DNA of 64,000 nt from Thermodesulfobacteriota bacterium (GTDB lineage: Bacteria; Desulfobacterota_D; UBA1144): contig JAYYZJ010000008.1 of NCBI GenBank assembly GCA_036340075.1, positions 25,836 through 89,835 of the forward strand, given 5' to 3'. This document shows, one piece after another, positions 1-8,639 of this stretch; the first letter of the stretch is position 1; every line of letters starts with the position of its first letter. Both the position numbers and the translations under genes were made by a program. The notes beneath the pieces are model-generated. The model saw only the letters and a list, made by a program, of their open reading frames with translations. It did no database searches and was not told the DNA's origin.

Positions 1-89
1 ATACCATTCAGCATGTTGAATATGTAAGTGAAATCTCACAAGAACCTGATTATAATGCAGCGTTAAATGTTATAAAAAGTTTAGTATAA
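1..89 (+). CDS. tpx: Thiol peroxidase (Tpx-type peroxiredoxin), 3' end only
   Basis: The frame from base 3 reads TIQHVEYVSEISQEPDYNAALNVIKSLV*, matching the Tpx C-terminal EPDYxAAL motif. Its TAA overlaps the next ATG (TAATG). Confidence 0.75.
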   Translation, partial: TIQHVEYVSEISQEPDYNAALNVIKSLV

Positions 90-397
90 TGAGTGAGTCT
101 CTAAGCAAGGAGAAGATTTTAGAAGCATTGTCTCAGGTTTACGATCCTGAAATACCTATAGATATAGTAAATCTAGGACTTGTTTACAAAGTAACTATAG
201 ATAATGACATTGTAAACCTAGAGATGACCATGACCTCTCCAGGTTGCCCTTCAGCAAGAGAGATAATAATGGAAGCTCAAACTGTAGTAAGTGAGCTGGA
301 TGGTGTAAAAGAAACAAATATAGAGATAGTTTGGGATCCACCTTGGTCGCCTGAAAAGATGAGTGAAGAAGCAAAACTTAGTATGGGTATTGATTAA
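89..397 (+). CDS. DUF59 / SufT-like Fe-S cluster assembly protein
   Basis: DPEIPIDIVNLGLVY, MTMTSPGCP and VWDPPWSPEKMS motifs. Confidence 0.9.
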   Translation: MSESLSKEKILEALSQVYDPEIPIDIVNLGLVYKVTIDNDIVNLEMTMTSPGCPSAREIIMEAQTVVSELDGVKETNIEIVWDPPWSPEKMSEEAKLSMGID

Positions 398-846
398 TGG
401 CGAAAAAGAAATTAGCTATAGGTGATATTGCACCAGATTTTAACTATAAATTCGAAAACAATGAAGAAATATCGCTTAAAAATTTTATAGGCAAAAAAGT
501 TTTAATTTATTTTTATCCTAAGGACAACACCCCAGGATGTACAAAACAAGCCTGTTCGCTAAGAGACTCGAAAAAAGATTTTGAAAACTTAGGGATTGAG
601 ATTATAGGAATAAGTAAAGATTCTGAAAAATCACACAAAAACTTTGAATCTAAATATGGATTAAATTTCATTTTAGTTCCAGATCCAAATAAAAAAATAA
701 TCCAACTGTATGGCGTACTCAATGATGCTGGTTCTGCACAAAGAGTTTCATTCTTAATCGATGAATACGGGAAAATTCTTAATATATGGACAAAAGTTAA
801 TACCAAAGAACATGGAAAAGAAATTTTAGATTTCCTTAACTTATAA
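397..846 (+). CDS. bcp: Peroxiredoxin, BCP/PrxQ family
   Basis: YFYPKDNTPGCTKQAC active-site motif. Confidence 0.92.
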   Translation: MAKKKLAIGDIAPDFNYKFENNEEISLKNFIGKKVLIYFYPKDNTPGCTKQACSLRDSKKDFENLGIEIIGISKDSEKSHKNFESKYGLNFILVPDPNKKIIQLYGVLNDAGSAQRVSFLIDEYGKILNIWTKVNTKEHGKEILDFLNL

Positions 847-847
847 T

Positions 848-1591
848 ATGATAATCTTTGTAACCGGAACAGATACAAATATTGGCAAAACTTTTACAAC
901 AGCAATGTTGACCCGTTGTTTAAGTAGAAAATATAAGAAATTAGCTGTTGTTAAACCTATTGAGTCAGGAGTGGTTGCTTCTAATAAATCTGATTTATAC
1001 ACAATAAAAAAATTCAATGAAAATAACTCCAGAAGTATTGATTATTACAACTTTATTACTTTTAGAGAACCTGTTGCACCACTAACAGCGGCCAAGTTAA
1101 ATCAGAGAAGAATTAATTTTTCAGATATTGTAAAAAGCATTAAAAATCTCAAGAAAAAATATAATTTAGTCATTGTTGAGGGAGCCGGTGGAGTTAGAGT
1201 TCCTATTACAAAAAAATTCCAAATGATTGATTTAATGAAGAAATTGGATGCTGTGGTTATATTAGTCGCCTCCCCTTCTTTGGGGACAATTAATCATATT
1301 CTATTGTCTGTTCAGGCTCTAATTAGTCATAGAATTAAATTTAAGGGCATTATTATTAATAGGTACCCCAAAAAGCCCAACATTTCTGAAATATACAATC
1401 CAATTATAATATCCCAAAGCAAAATCAAGATTCTCGGCGTTATTCCAGATTTTGGCTCAATAAATCTCAAAAAAAGCAAAATCAACTATAAAAATTTTTT
1501 TACTCCATTCTTAAATGGAAGCTTTAATTCAAAAATTTTTTTGAAGAATTGCAGATCCAAATTCAAGAATATTTCTAATAAAGTAGGCTGA
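848..1591 (+). CDS. bioD: Dethiobiotin synthase
   Basis: FVTGTDTNIGKT P-loop, KPIESG, VEGAGG, LGTINH. Confidence 0.95.
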   Translation: MIIFVTGTDTNIGKTFTTAMLTRCLSRKYKKLAVVKPIESGVVASNKSDLYTIKKFNENNSRSIDYYNFITFREPVAPLTAAKLNQRRINFSDIVKSIKNLKKKYNLVIVEGAGGVRVPITKKFQMIDLMKKLDAVVILVASPSLGTINHILLSVQALISHRIKFKGIIINRYPKKPNISEIYNPIIISQSKIKILGVIPDFGSINLKKSKINYKNFFTPFLNGSFNSKIFLKNCRSKFKNISNKVG

Positions 1592-1619
1592 TTGACAGTA
1601 AAAATCACTATGATATCAT
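1592..1619 (+). promoter_or_regulatory. Sigma70-type promoter of the act operon
   Basis: TTGACA (1592-1597), 16-nt spacer, TG-A-TATCAT (1611-1619, extended -10). AAGGA RBS precedes the TTG start at 1665. Confidence 0.65.
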
Positions 1620-1664
1620 TTTACGAGTCTTACGATTCGGCTGTAAAAAATAAGGAATACTTCG

Positions 1665-2450
1665 TTGTCAAAGAAACTTGCGCTTATAACTATTTCTGCA
1701 TTTTTGTTCGCTCTTATTGCTATTTATTTTGCTTTTTTTAGAGACGTGAGACCTTACCAACCCATAGCGTTTAGCCATAAGATTCATGCTGGTGTTAATG
1801 AAATTCCATGTACTTACTGCCATTCTTATGTTGCGAAATCATCACAACCTGGAATTCCTTCCGTAATGGAATGTATGGGATGTCACCAATATGTAAAAGC
1901 CGAATACGATCCAAATGACCCAAAATCGGTTTATCAATATAAAGGGAAGCCAATAAATCCAAATGATTATCTTTATGATGGACGAAGACGAATTAAATTT
2001 GAAGAAGAAATTAAAAAGTTGGCAGGTTATTGGGAGAGAAAAGAAGATATTCCCTGGGTAAATTATCACTATGTACCAGAGCACGCTAAGTTTCCGCATA
2101 AGCCTCATATCCGATATGGATTAGAATGTAAAACTTGTCATGGTAACGTAGAAGATGTAGACATACCAAAACCAATAGTAAATATAAAGATGGGCTGGTG
2201 CATAAGCTGTCATGAAGAAAAGTTAGATAAGAATTTTGAAGAACTTGAAAAACTTCATGAAGGTCTTTCTCAACTAAGTGAATTAGATAGACGAATAATG
2301 ACTCATACAGGAAGAATACCGTACAATAAACTTTATAAAGATAAAAAGAAATTGGGTGATGCATGGACTTCTACTCAAGAATCAGAAAGATTAATTAATA
2401 TTGATAAGGAGGTTGCTTGGCTTAAAGATTGCTCTACATGTCATTATTAA
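1665..2450 (+). CDS. actA: Alternative complex III pentaheme cytochrome c subunit ActA
   Basis: N-terminal TM helix, QPIAFSHKIHAG and five CxxCH motifs (CTYCH, CMGCH, CKTCH, CISCH, CSTCH). TTG start. Confidence 0.92.
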   Translation: MSKKLALITISAFLFALIAIYFAFFRDVRPYQPIAFSHKIHAGVNEIPCTYCHSYVAKSSQPGIPSVMECMGCHQYVKAEYDPNDPKSVYQYKGKPINPNDYLYDGRRRIKFEEEIKKLAGYWERKEDIPWVNYHYVPEHAKFPHKPHIRYGLECKTCHGNVEDVDIPKPIVNIKMGWCISCHEEKLDKNFEELEKLHEGLSQLSELDRRIMTHTGRIPYNKLYKDKKKLGDAWTSTQESERLINIDKEVAWLKDCSTCHY

Positions 2451-2472
2451 GCCAAGACTGTTGAATTGAAAA

Positions 2473-5472
2473 ATGAGTTCTAAAATAAAAAAAGAAAAAG
2501 GTTCATTAAGTAGAAGAGATTTCCTTAAAGCAATTTCAGCAATAGGGGGAGCTGCTATAATATCATCTGGCTGCTCACCGGAACCTTTAGATAAGTTAGT
2601 TTCGTATGCAATTCCGCCAGAGGATGTAATACCAGGAGTTCCAAATTTTTATTCAACAGCACTGCCGCATTCTCCTGTGGGGTCTTCCATTGTTGTTAAA
2701 ATAAGAGAAGGAAGAGCAATTAAGGTAGAAGGGAACCCTCTTGATCCAGTATGTAAAGGTTCAACAACTGCTGAGACTCAAGCTTCTCTTCAAGGACTAT
2801 ATGACCCAGATAGGATAAAACAGCCTTTATTTAGAAACGATAGAAATAATTTGGTTCCGCTTACGTGGACCTCTGCACTAGATATTCTGTCAAAAAAATT
2901 GAACGAAAAACCAAAGAATATATATTTTCTCACAGACAATACGACCGGAACTTTAGATGTACTTATAAATTCATTTTGTAATAAAATCAACGCTAAAAGA
3001 ATTAAATATGAGATGTTATCTTATGAACATATTTCTTATGGAAACTATTTGTCTTTTGGTAAGAGACTAATACCTACTTATAAAATCGACAAAGCAAATT
3101 ACCTGTTAAGTTTTGGAGCGGACTTTTTAGAAACCTGGCTCTCTCCAGATGAATACAATAGAAGATTTTCTAAGATGCACTCTATTGATGGAAAGAGAAA
3201 AGGGAAATTTGTTCAAATTGAACCAAAACTTACTCTTACAGGCGCGAAGGCAGACGAATGGGTGCCAGCAGCACCTAATACTAGTCTTTATTTAGCTTTA
3301 GGTTTGATTAACTACATTAAACAAAAAGGATTAAACAAGAAACCTGTACCAAACACTTTTTCAAACTTATCTGATTTTAATCTTTCAACAACAAGTCGAA
3401 TTACAGGAGTGTCAACTGAATCAATAAAGAAAATTGCTAAAGATTTTGCTAAATCTAAATCCGCTCTTGCAATAGGAGGCTCAATATCTAATGCTGGCAA
3501 TCAAGAGCATTTAACTATCGTTGCCATCAATATACTCAATCATATAACAAACAATTTAGACAAGGTTGATTTTGACAATAATTTATCATTGTCTAACGCA
3601 TCTCCTTATTCTGATATTCTTGATTTTGTAAATAAAGCGAAATCCGGAGAGGTAGATATTGTTTTAATTCATAATACTAATCCAGTCTATTCTCTTTCGG
3701 ATTCTTTAGATATAGAGAAAGCTTTTGAGAAGATTCCATACAAAGTTAGTTTTAATTCTAGTATGGATGAAACAACGGAATTTTGTGATTTAGTGCTTCC
3801 GGATGCACATCCTTTAGAACAGTGGGGTGATTACGAAGGAAAGAAAGGAAACCGATATATTATTCAGCCTGTAATGAAGCCGCTATATGGAAACTTGTCT
3901 GTAGGAGAATGTATAGTTTCAATTTTCAACGATGTTGAGCCTACAAAAGGAAACATAACCTCTAAGTCTTATCTAGATTATTTGAAAAATTCTTGGAGAA
4001 AATTATCTACTGAAGGATCATTTGAAGATTTTTGGAACAAAGTTCTTGTCTCTGGTGGATTATTTAAAGAATACACATCAGCATCTAATGTTTCTTTTAG
4101 TTCATCAAGAAGACATTCAGTGGTCCTGCCTGAATTCAATCAAGAAAGGCTGAACCTTTACATAACTCCTTCATACAGATTTTATGATGGACGGAGTGCG
4201 AATAAGTCTTGGCTTCAAGAATTACCAGACCTTCTAACCACTGCAGTATGGGACTCTTGGGTAGAAATCAATTCCAAGCTTGCTGATAAGTTAAAAATTA
4301 AAGAAGGAGACTATGTAGAAATTGAATCAAATTATGGAAAGATTACAACTCAAGCGTATCTTTCTAAAGCTATGAGGCCAGATACGGTTTCTATATCTTT
4401 AGGTCAGGGGCACACATCCATGGGGCGTTATGCAAGTGATCGTGGAGTGAATCCAATAAACCTACTAGATGGAAACGAAATTGGTCAAGCTGGGAATCTG
4501 AATTGGTCTTCAACAAAAGTTGTTATAAGAAAAACAGGTAGATGGTCACAATTTGTTAAGGTTCAACACTCGTATTCACAAGAAAATAGAGATATTGCTC
4601 AAACTATAGCACTCTCAAAATTAATTAAAGACCACCATGATGAAAAACACGAGGAACATCATAATGGGAAAAGTTACGGACAAGACAAAGGCCATCATGA
4701 TGAACATCATGGCGATCATCATGCTACATATGATTACGATATGTATAAAGAATATGATTATTTTGTTCACAAATGGGGTATGAATATTGATTTAGATAAG
4801 TGTGTCGGCTGTGGAGCATGTGTTGTGGCATGCTATGCAGAAAACAACATCCCTGTTGTTGGTAAAGAACAAGTGGCGAATGGAAGACATATGGCGTGGT
4901 TAAAATTAGAAAGATTTCAAGATGAAGAGGACCATTTGGGAGACACTAGAATCGATACTAGGGTTCTTCCACAATTGTGCCAGCATTGTGAAAATGCGCC
5001 TTGTGAACCTGTTTGTCCAGTTTTTGCTACTTATCATAATCCAGAAGGACTTAATCTCATGGTATACAGTCGATGTGTAGGAACTCGATATTGTTCTAAC
5101 AACTGTTCTTACAAAGTAAGAAGATTTAATTGGTTTAAATACGAATGGCCGGAGCCACTAAATTATCAGCTTAATCCTGATGTTACAGTTAGGTCAAAAG
5201 GTGTAATGGAAAAATGTAGTCTATGTGTGCAAAGAATAAATTATGCAAAAGATAAAGCGAAAGATGAAGATAGAAAAGTTAGAGATGGTGAAATTCGTCC
5301 TGCGTGTGAACAGGCATGCGGATGTGATGCTATTACATTTGGAGATTTAAATGATCCAAAAAGTAAGCTATCAAAATTAAATAAATCAGAACGAACATAC
5401 CATGTTCTCAGCGAACTTAATACAAGACCAACTATCTCTTATTTGAAAAAAATCGAGTGGGATAAAGGATAA
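2473..5472 (+). CDS. actB: Alternative complex III subunit ActB (molybdopterin-oxidoreductase-like domain plus Fe-S domain)
   Basis: Tat signal SRRDFLK with lipobox-like SSGC, LYDPDR, NKSWLQELPD. C-terminal Cys motifs CVGCGACVVAC, CQHCENAPC, CVGTRYCSNNC, KCSLC. Confidence 0.95.
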   Translation: MSSKIKKEKGSLSRRDFLKAISAIGGAAIISSGCSPEPLDKLVSYAIPPEDVIPGVPNFYSTALPHSPVGSSIVVKIREGRAIKVEGNPLDPVCKGSTTAETQASLQGLYDPDRIKQPLFRNDRNNLVPLTWTSALDILSKKLNEKPKNIYFLTDNTTGTLDVLINSFCNKINAKRIKYEMLSYEHISYGNYLSFGKRLIPTYKIDKANYLLSFGADFLETWLSPDEYNRRFSKMHSIDGKRKGKFVQIEPKLTLTGAKADEWVPAAPNTSLYLALGLINYIKQKGLNKKPVPNTFSNLSDFNLSTTSRITGVSTESIKKIAKDFAKSKSALAIGGSISNAGNQEHLTIVAINILNHITNNLDKVDFDNNLSLSNASPYSDILDFVNKAKSGEVDIVLIHNTNPVYSLSDSLDIEKAFEKIPYKVSFNSSMDETTEFCDLVLPDAHPLEQWGDYEGKKGNRYIIQPVMKPLYGNLSVGECIVSIFNDVEPTKGNITSKSYLDYLKNSWRKLSTEGSFEDFWNKVLVSGGLFKEYTSASNVSFSSSRRHSVVLPEFNQERLNLYITPSYRFYDGRSANKSWLQELPDLLTTAVWDSWVEINSKLADKLKIKEGDYVEIESNYGKITTQAYLSKAMRPDTVSISLGQGHTSMGRYASDRGVNPINLLDGNEIGQAGNLNWSSTKVVIRKTGRWSQFVKVQHSYSQENRDIAQTIALSKLIKDHHDEKHEEHHNGKSYGQDKGHHDEHHGDHHATYDYDMYKEYDYFVHKWGMNIDLDKCVGCGACVVACYAENNIPVVGKEQVANGRHMAWLKLERFQDEEDHLGDTRIDTRVLPQLCQHCENAPCEPVCPVFATYHNPEGLNLMVYSRCVGTRYCSNNCSYKVRRFNWFKYEWPEPLNYQLNPDVTVRSKGVMEKCSLCVQRINYAKDKAKDEDRKVRDGEIRPACEQACGCDAITFGDLNDPKSKLSKLNKSERTYHVLSELNTRPTISYLKKIEWDKG

Positions 5473-6815
5473 TGAGCAACATAGCTGAAGCAGATAAATA
5501 TGCAAATTTAAATCAAACTGTTATGAACATGTTGAACAAGCCTTCGTTTGGCTGGTGGGCTATTTTCGTAGTTGATTTAATGTTTCTTGCTTTTGGAATT
5601 TTTTGTTTTATGTATCAAGTTTACACAGGTTTAGGTGTAGCCGGATATAGCCACCCTGTTCTTTGGGGAGTATATATTACTAATTTTGTTTTTTGGGTTG
5701 GTATTGCTCATTCTGGAACCTTGATTTCCGCGGTTCTTTATCTATTCAGAGCACGATTTAGAATGTCTATCTATAGAATTGCTGAGGCAATGACGGTATT
5801 TGCAGTTTTCACCGCAGGATTATTTCCAATCATTCACCTTGGTAGACCGTGGAATTTTTATTGGCTCTTACCTTATCCTAACCAAAGAGGTTTATGGGTA
5901 AATTTTGATTCACCACTTTTATGGGATGTTTTTGCTGTTAGTACTTATTTGACGATAAGTTCAACATTCTTTTTTATAGGGATGATTCCGGATATAGCTG
6001 CAATAAGAGATTCAGTAGTCAGCAAAGCAAAGAAGACTTTTTATTCTGTTCTGTCACTGGGATGGAAAGGATCAAGTTGGGAATGGGGACATTATACTAG
6101 AGCATATTTTTATTTTGCTGCATTTGCTACTCCTTTAGTTATTTCAGTCCATAGTGTTGTATCTTGGGATTTTGCTATGGCGAATACACCTGGTTGGCAT
6201 ACAACAATCTTCCCACCATATTTTGTGGCCGGAGCGATATTTTCTGGTCTTGCTATGGTTATAACTTTAGTCATTCCTCTTAGGAGTATATTTAAACTAG
6301 AAAATTATATAACTATGGATAATTTTGATGGGATGTCTAAGATGATTATTTTAACTTCAAGCATAGTATTTTACGCATACCTAACAGAATTTTTTATTGC
6401 TTGGTATAGTGACAATAAATATGAATATGACCAGTTCCTATATAGAGCAAATGGAGACTATGCATTATTTTACTGGACTATGATGTTTTGTAATGGAATA
6501 GTTCCGCATGCTTTATGGTTTAAAAAAATAAGACAAAATTTAAAAATTTTATTTGTAATTTCTTTATTAATCAACGTTGGAATGTGGTTTGAAAGATTTA
6601 ACATTATTGTTATTTCATTATCTAAAGAATTTGAACCTGGCTCATGGGGTTTATATAAACCGTCTTGGGTTGAGCTAGGTATAACTGTTGGAAGTTTTGC
6701 TTGGTTCTTTATGTTCTTTTTGATTTTTGTAAGAACTCTACCAGCTTTATCTATTGCAGAAATCAAGGAAATACTTCCTGTTCCAAAGAAAAATGGAGGA
6801 TCTAATAATGAGTGA
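5472..6815 (+). CDS. actC: Alternative complex III quinol-oxidising membrane subunit ActC (NrfD/PsrC family)
   Basis: FVFWVGIAHSGTLISA, IHLGRPW, SPLLWD, SVHSVVSWDFA, WHTTIFPPYFVAGA. Confidence 0.95.
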   Translation: MSNIAEADKYANLNQTVMNMLNKPSFGWWAIFVVDLMFLAFGIFCFMYQVYTGLGVAGYSHPVLWGVYITNFVFWVGIAHSGTLISAVLYLFRARFRMSIYRIAEAMTVFAVFTAGLFPIIHLGRPWNFYWLLPYPNQRGLWVNFDSPLLWDVFAVSTYLTISSTFFFIGMIPDIAAIRDSVVSKAKKTFYSVLSLGWKGSSWEWGHYTRAYFYFAAFATPLVISVHSVVSWDFAMANTPGWHTTIFPPYFVAGAIFSGLAMVITLVIPLRSIFKLENYITMDNFDGMSKMIILTSSIVFYAYLTEFFIAWYSDNKYEYDQFLYRANGDYALFYWTMMFCNGIVPHALWFKKIRQNLKILFVISLLINVGMWFERFNIIVISLSKEFEPGSWGLYKPSWVELGITVGSFAWFFMFFLIFVRTLPALSIAEIKEILPVPKKNGGSNNE

Positions 6816-8118
6816 TAAGAATCACGATGTACTAGGCGTCTACTCATATGTAGACTTATTGTTAGGTTCGGTAAAAGAATTAAGAAGCAAGGGCTTTGAG
6901 AGCATACAAGTTTTTACTCCATGTCCAAATCATGAAGTCGAGGATGCTTTAGATACTGGCAAGGAGCCTAGCAAGGTTAAATATTTCACTCTATGCGGCG
7001 CCATCCTAGGTGCTTTAGTTGGAGCGTCTTTTACTGTCTTGACGTCAATGGATTGGCCAGTTGTTACAAGTGCAAAGCCAATTGTTTCCATACCACCTTA
7101 TATGATAATAATTTTTGAATGTATGATTCTTATAGGTGGATTATCTACTTTTCTAGGGCTGATAATTAATTCAAGATTAAGAAAAAATATTTCACCTCAT
7201 CTTTATGATGAAAGATTTAGCAATGATAAGTTTGGTGTATTAGTAAATTGTTCAGGTGAGAATCTAGAGGAAGTTCAATCAATCTTGATTAATCATGGTT
7301 CAGAAGAAATAAAAATAGATGGACTAATTACTGAAGACCAAGAACAGGAACCGGAAGAAACTCCAAAAGAAGAACTAACAAAAGTAGAGGTTAAAGAAGA
7401 GCCAAAAGCAGCAGCGAAGGAAGAGCCTAAAAAAGAAGATGCACCAACACAACAAGAAGCAAAAACAGAAGCACCGGTAAAAGTGGAAGAGGCAAAAGCA
7501 GAAGCGAAGGAAGAGCCTAAAAAAGAAGATGCACCAACACAACAAGAAGCAAAAACAGAAGCACCAAGAGATGATGACGATTGGGCCCACAAGCCAGCAA
7601 CGAAACAAGGAGGAGAAAAGCAAGCTCCACCAAAAGAAGAGGTTAAAGAAGAGCCAAAAGTAGAAGCTTCACCAAAAGAAGAACCACCAAAAGTAGAGGT
7701 TAAAGAAGAGCCAAAAGCAGAAGCTCCACCAAAAGAAGAGCCTAAAGCAGAAGCTCCACCAAAAGAAGAAAGAGCGCAAAGACCAGAAGATGATAAAAAG
7801 ACTAAAATGGCGCGTCTAATGAAAATGGCTCAAAAGTCCAAGGGAGAAAAAGAAGCTAAAGAAGAGCCAAAAGCAGAAGCTCCACCAAAAGAAGAGGTTA
7901 AAGAAGAGCCAAAAGTAGAAGCTTCACCAAAAGAAGAACCACCAAAAGTAGAGGTTAAAGAAGAGCCAAAAGCAGAAGCTCCACCAAAAGAAGAGGTTAA
8001 AGAAGAGCCAAAAGCAGAAGCTCCACCAAAAGTAGAAACTACTTCACGGCAAGAGGGTACCAGACCTGACCTTGATGACTGGGAACACAAGCCAGCAAAA
8101 GGAGATAAAGATAAATAA
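6808..8118 (+). CDS. actD: Alternative complex III subunit ActD (DUF3341) with long E/K/P/A-rich C-terminal tail
   Basis: Start moved to ATG 6808 after the GGAGGA RBS. FTPCP, two TM helices and YDERFSNDKFGV, followed by about 260 aa of low-complexity repeats. Confidence 0.88.
   Translation: MSDKNHDVLGVYSYVDLLLGSVKELRSKGFESIQVFTPCPNHEVEDALDTGKEPSKVKYFTLCGAILGALVGASFTVLTSMDWPVVTSAKPIVSIPPYMIIIFECMILIGGLSTFLGLIINSRLRKNISPHLYDERFSNDKFGVLVNCSGENLEEVQSILINHGSEEIKIDGLITEDQEQEPEETPKEELTKVEVKEEPKAAAKEEPKKEDAPTQQEAKTEAPVKVEEAKAEAKEEPKKEDAPTQQEAKTEAPRDDDDWAHKPATKQGGEKQAPPKEEVKEEPKVEASPKEEPPKVEVKEEPKAEAPPKEEPKAEAPPKEERAQRPEDDKKTKMARLMKMAQKSKGEKEAKEEPKAEAPPKEEVKEEPKVEASPKEEPPKVEVKEEPKAEAPPKEEVKEEPKAEAPPKVETTSRQEGTRPDLDDWEHKPAKGDKDK
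7413..7565 (+). repeat. 63-nt exact direct repeat within the actD tail (7413-7475 and 7503-7565)
   Basis: Both copies encode AKEEPKKEDAPTQQEAKTEAP; period 90 nt. Confidence 0.9.
7622..7995 (+). repeat. 119-nt exact direct repeat within the actD tail (7622-7740 and 7877-7995), built from shorter EEPKAEAPPK-type units
   Basis: Copies compared base by base; offset 255 nt. Confidence 0.9.
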
Positions 8119-8630
8119 TGAATAAATATTCTTTTTTTCTAGTTTTGATTTCTATTTTTCTATTAGGAACATTATCTTCCATTGCTCTTCCTTGGTCTAC
8201 AGATATGTGGGATCATCCTAGCATTAAACCCTATGAAGAAGCGCGTGATTATCCTGAGAACTCAGTTTTTTCTGATAATTTTCCAAGAGAGCTTTCCAGA
8301 GATAAATACGAAGCAATTGAAAAAGGACCTAATAGGGGAGAAGAATCTTTAGTAAAAGGAAAAGTCCTTTATGAAACTTATTGTTATTCATGCCATGGAA
8401 TGGAAGGGAAAGGAGATGGTCCTGTAATTGCCAATGATTTAAGACCAAAGAAATATTTTTATCCTGTAAATTTAAATCAACAACAAACAAAAAATCGAAC
8501 AGATGGATACATATACGCATATATAAGATATGGGGGAAAAGTTATGATGCCTGCCTATGGAAGAATTACTCCTAGTGAGGCATGGGATGTAGTTTATTAT
8601 GTAAGATATCTGCAAGGCAAGGTGAAATAA
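8118..8630 (+). CDS. actE: Alternative complex III monoheme cytochrome c subunit ActE
   Basis: Signal peptide, PWSTDMWDHPSIKPYE, a single CYSCH, axial Met in MMPAYG, and WDVVYYVRYLQ. Confidence 0.9.
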   Translation: MNKYSFFLVLISIFLLGTLSSIALPWSTDMWDHPSIKPYEEARDYPENSVFSDNFPRELSRDKYEAIEKGPNRGEESLVKGKVLYETYCYSCHGMEGKGDGPVIANDLRPKKYFYPVNLNQQQTKNRTDGYIYAYIRYGGKVMMPAYGRITPSEAWDVVYYVRYLQGKVK

Positions 8631-8639
8631 GGAGATACA

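Noticed and set aside
6754..6807. ORF-track start of actD at 6754
   Set aside because: It overlaps actC extensively, whereas ATG 6808 has a GGAGGA RBS.
7293..8090. Repeats in actD considered as a CRISPR array, or as Cys/Ser-rich antisense proteins
   Set aside because: The repeats are in-frame coding units without unique equal-length spacers, no cas genes are present, and the antisense ORFs simply mirror the low-complexity tail.
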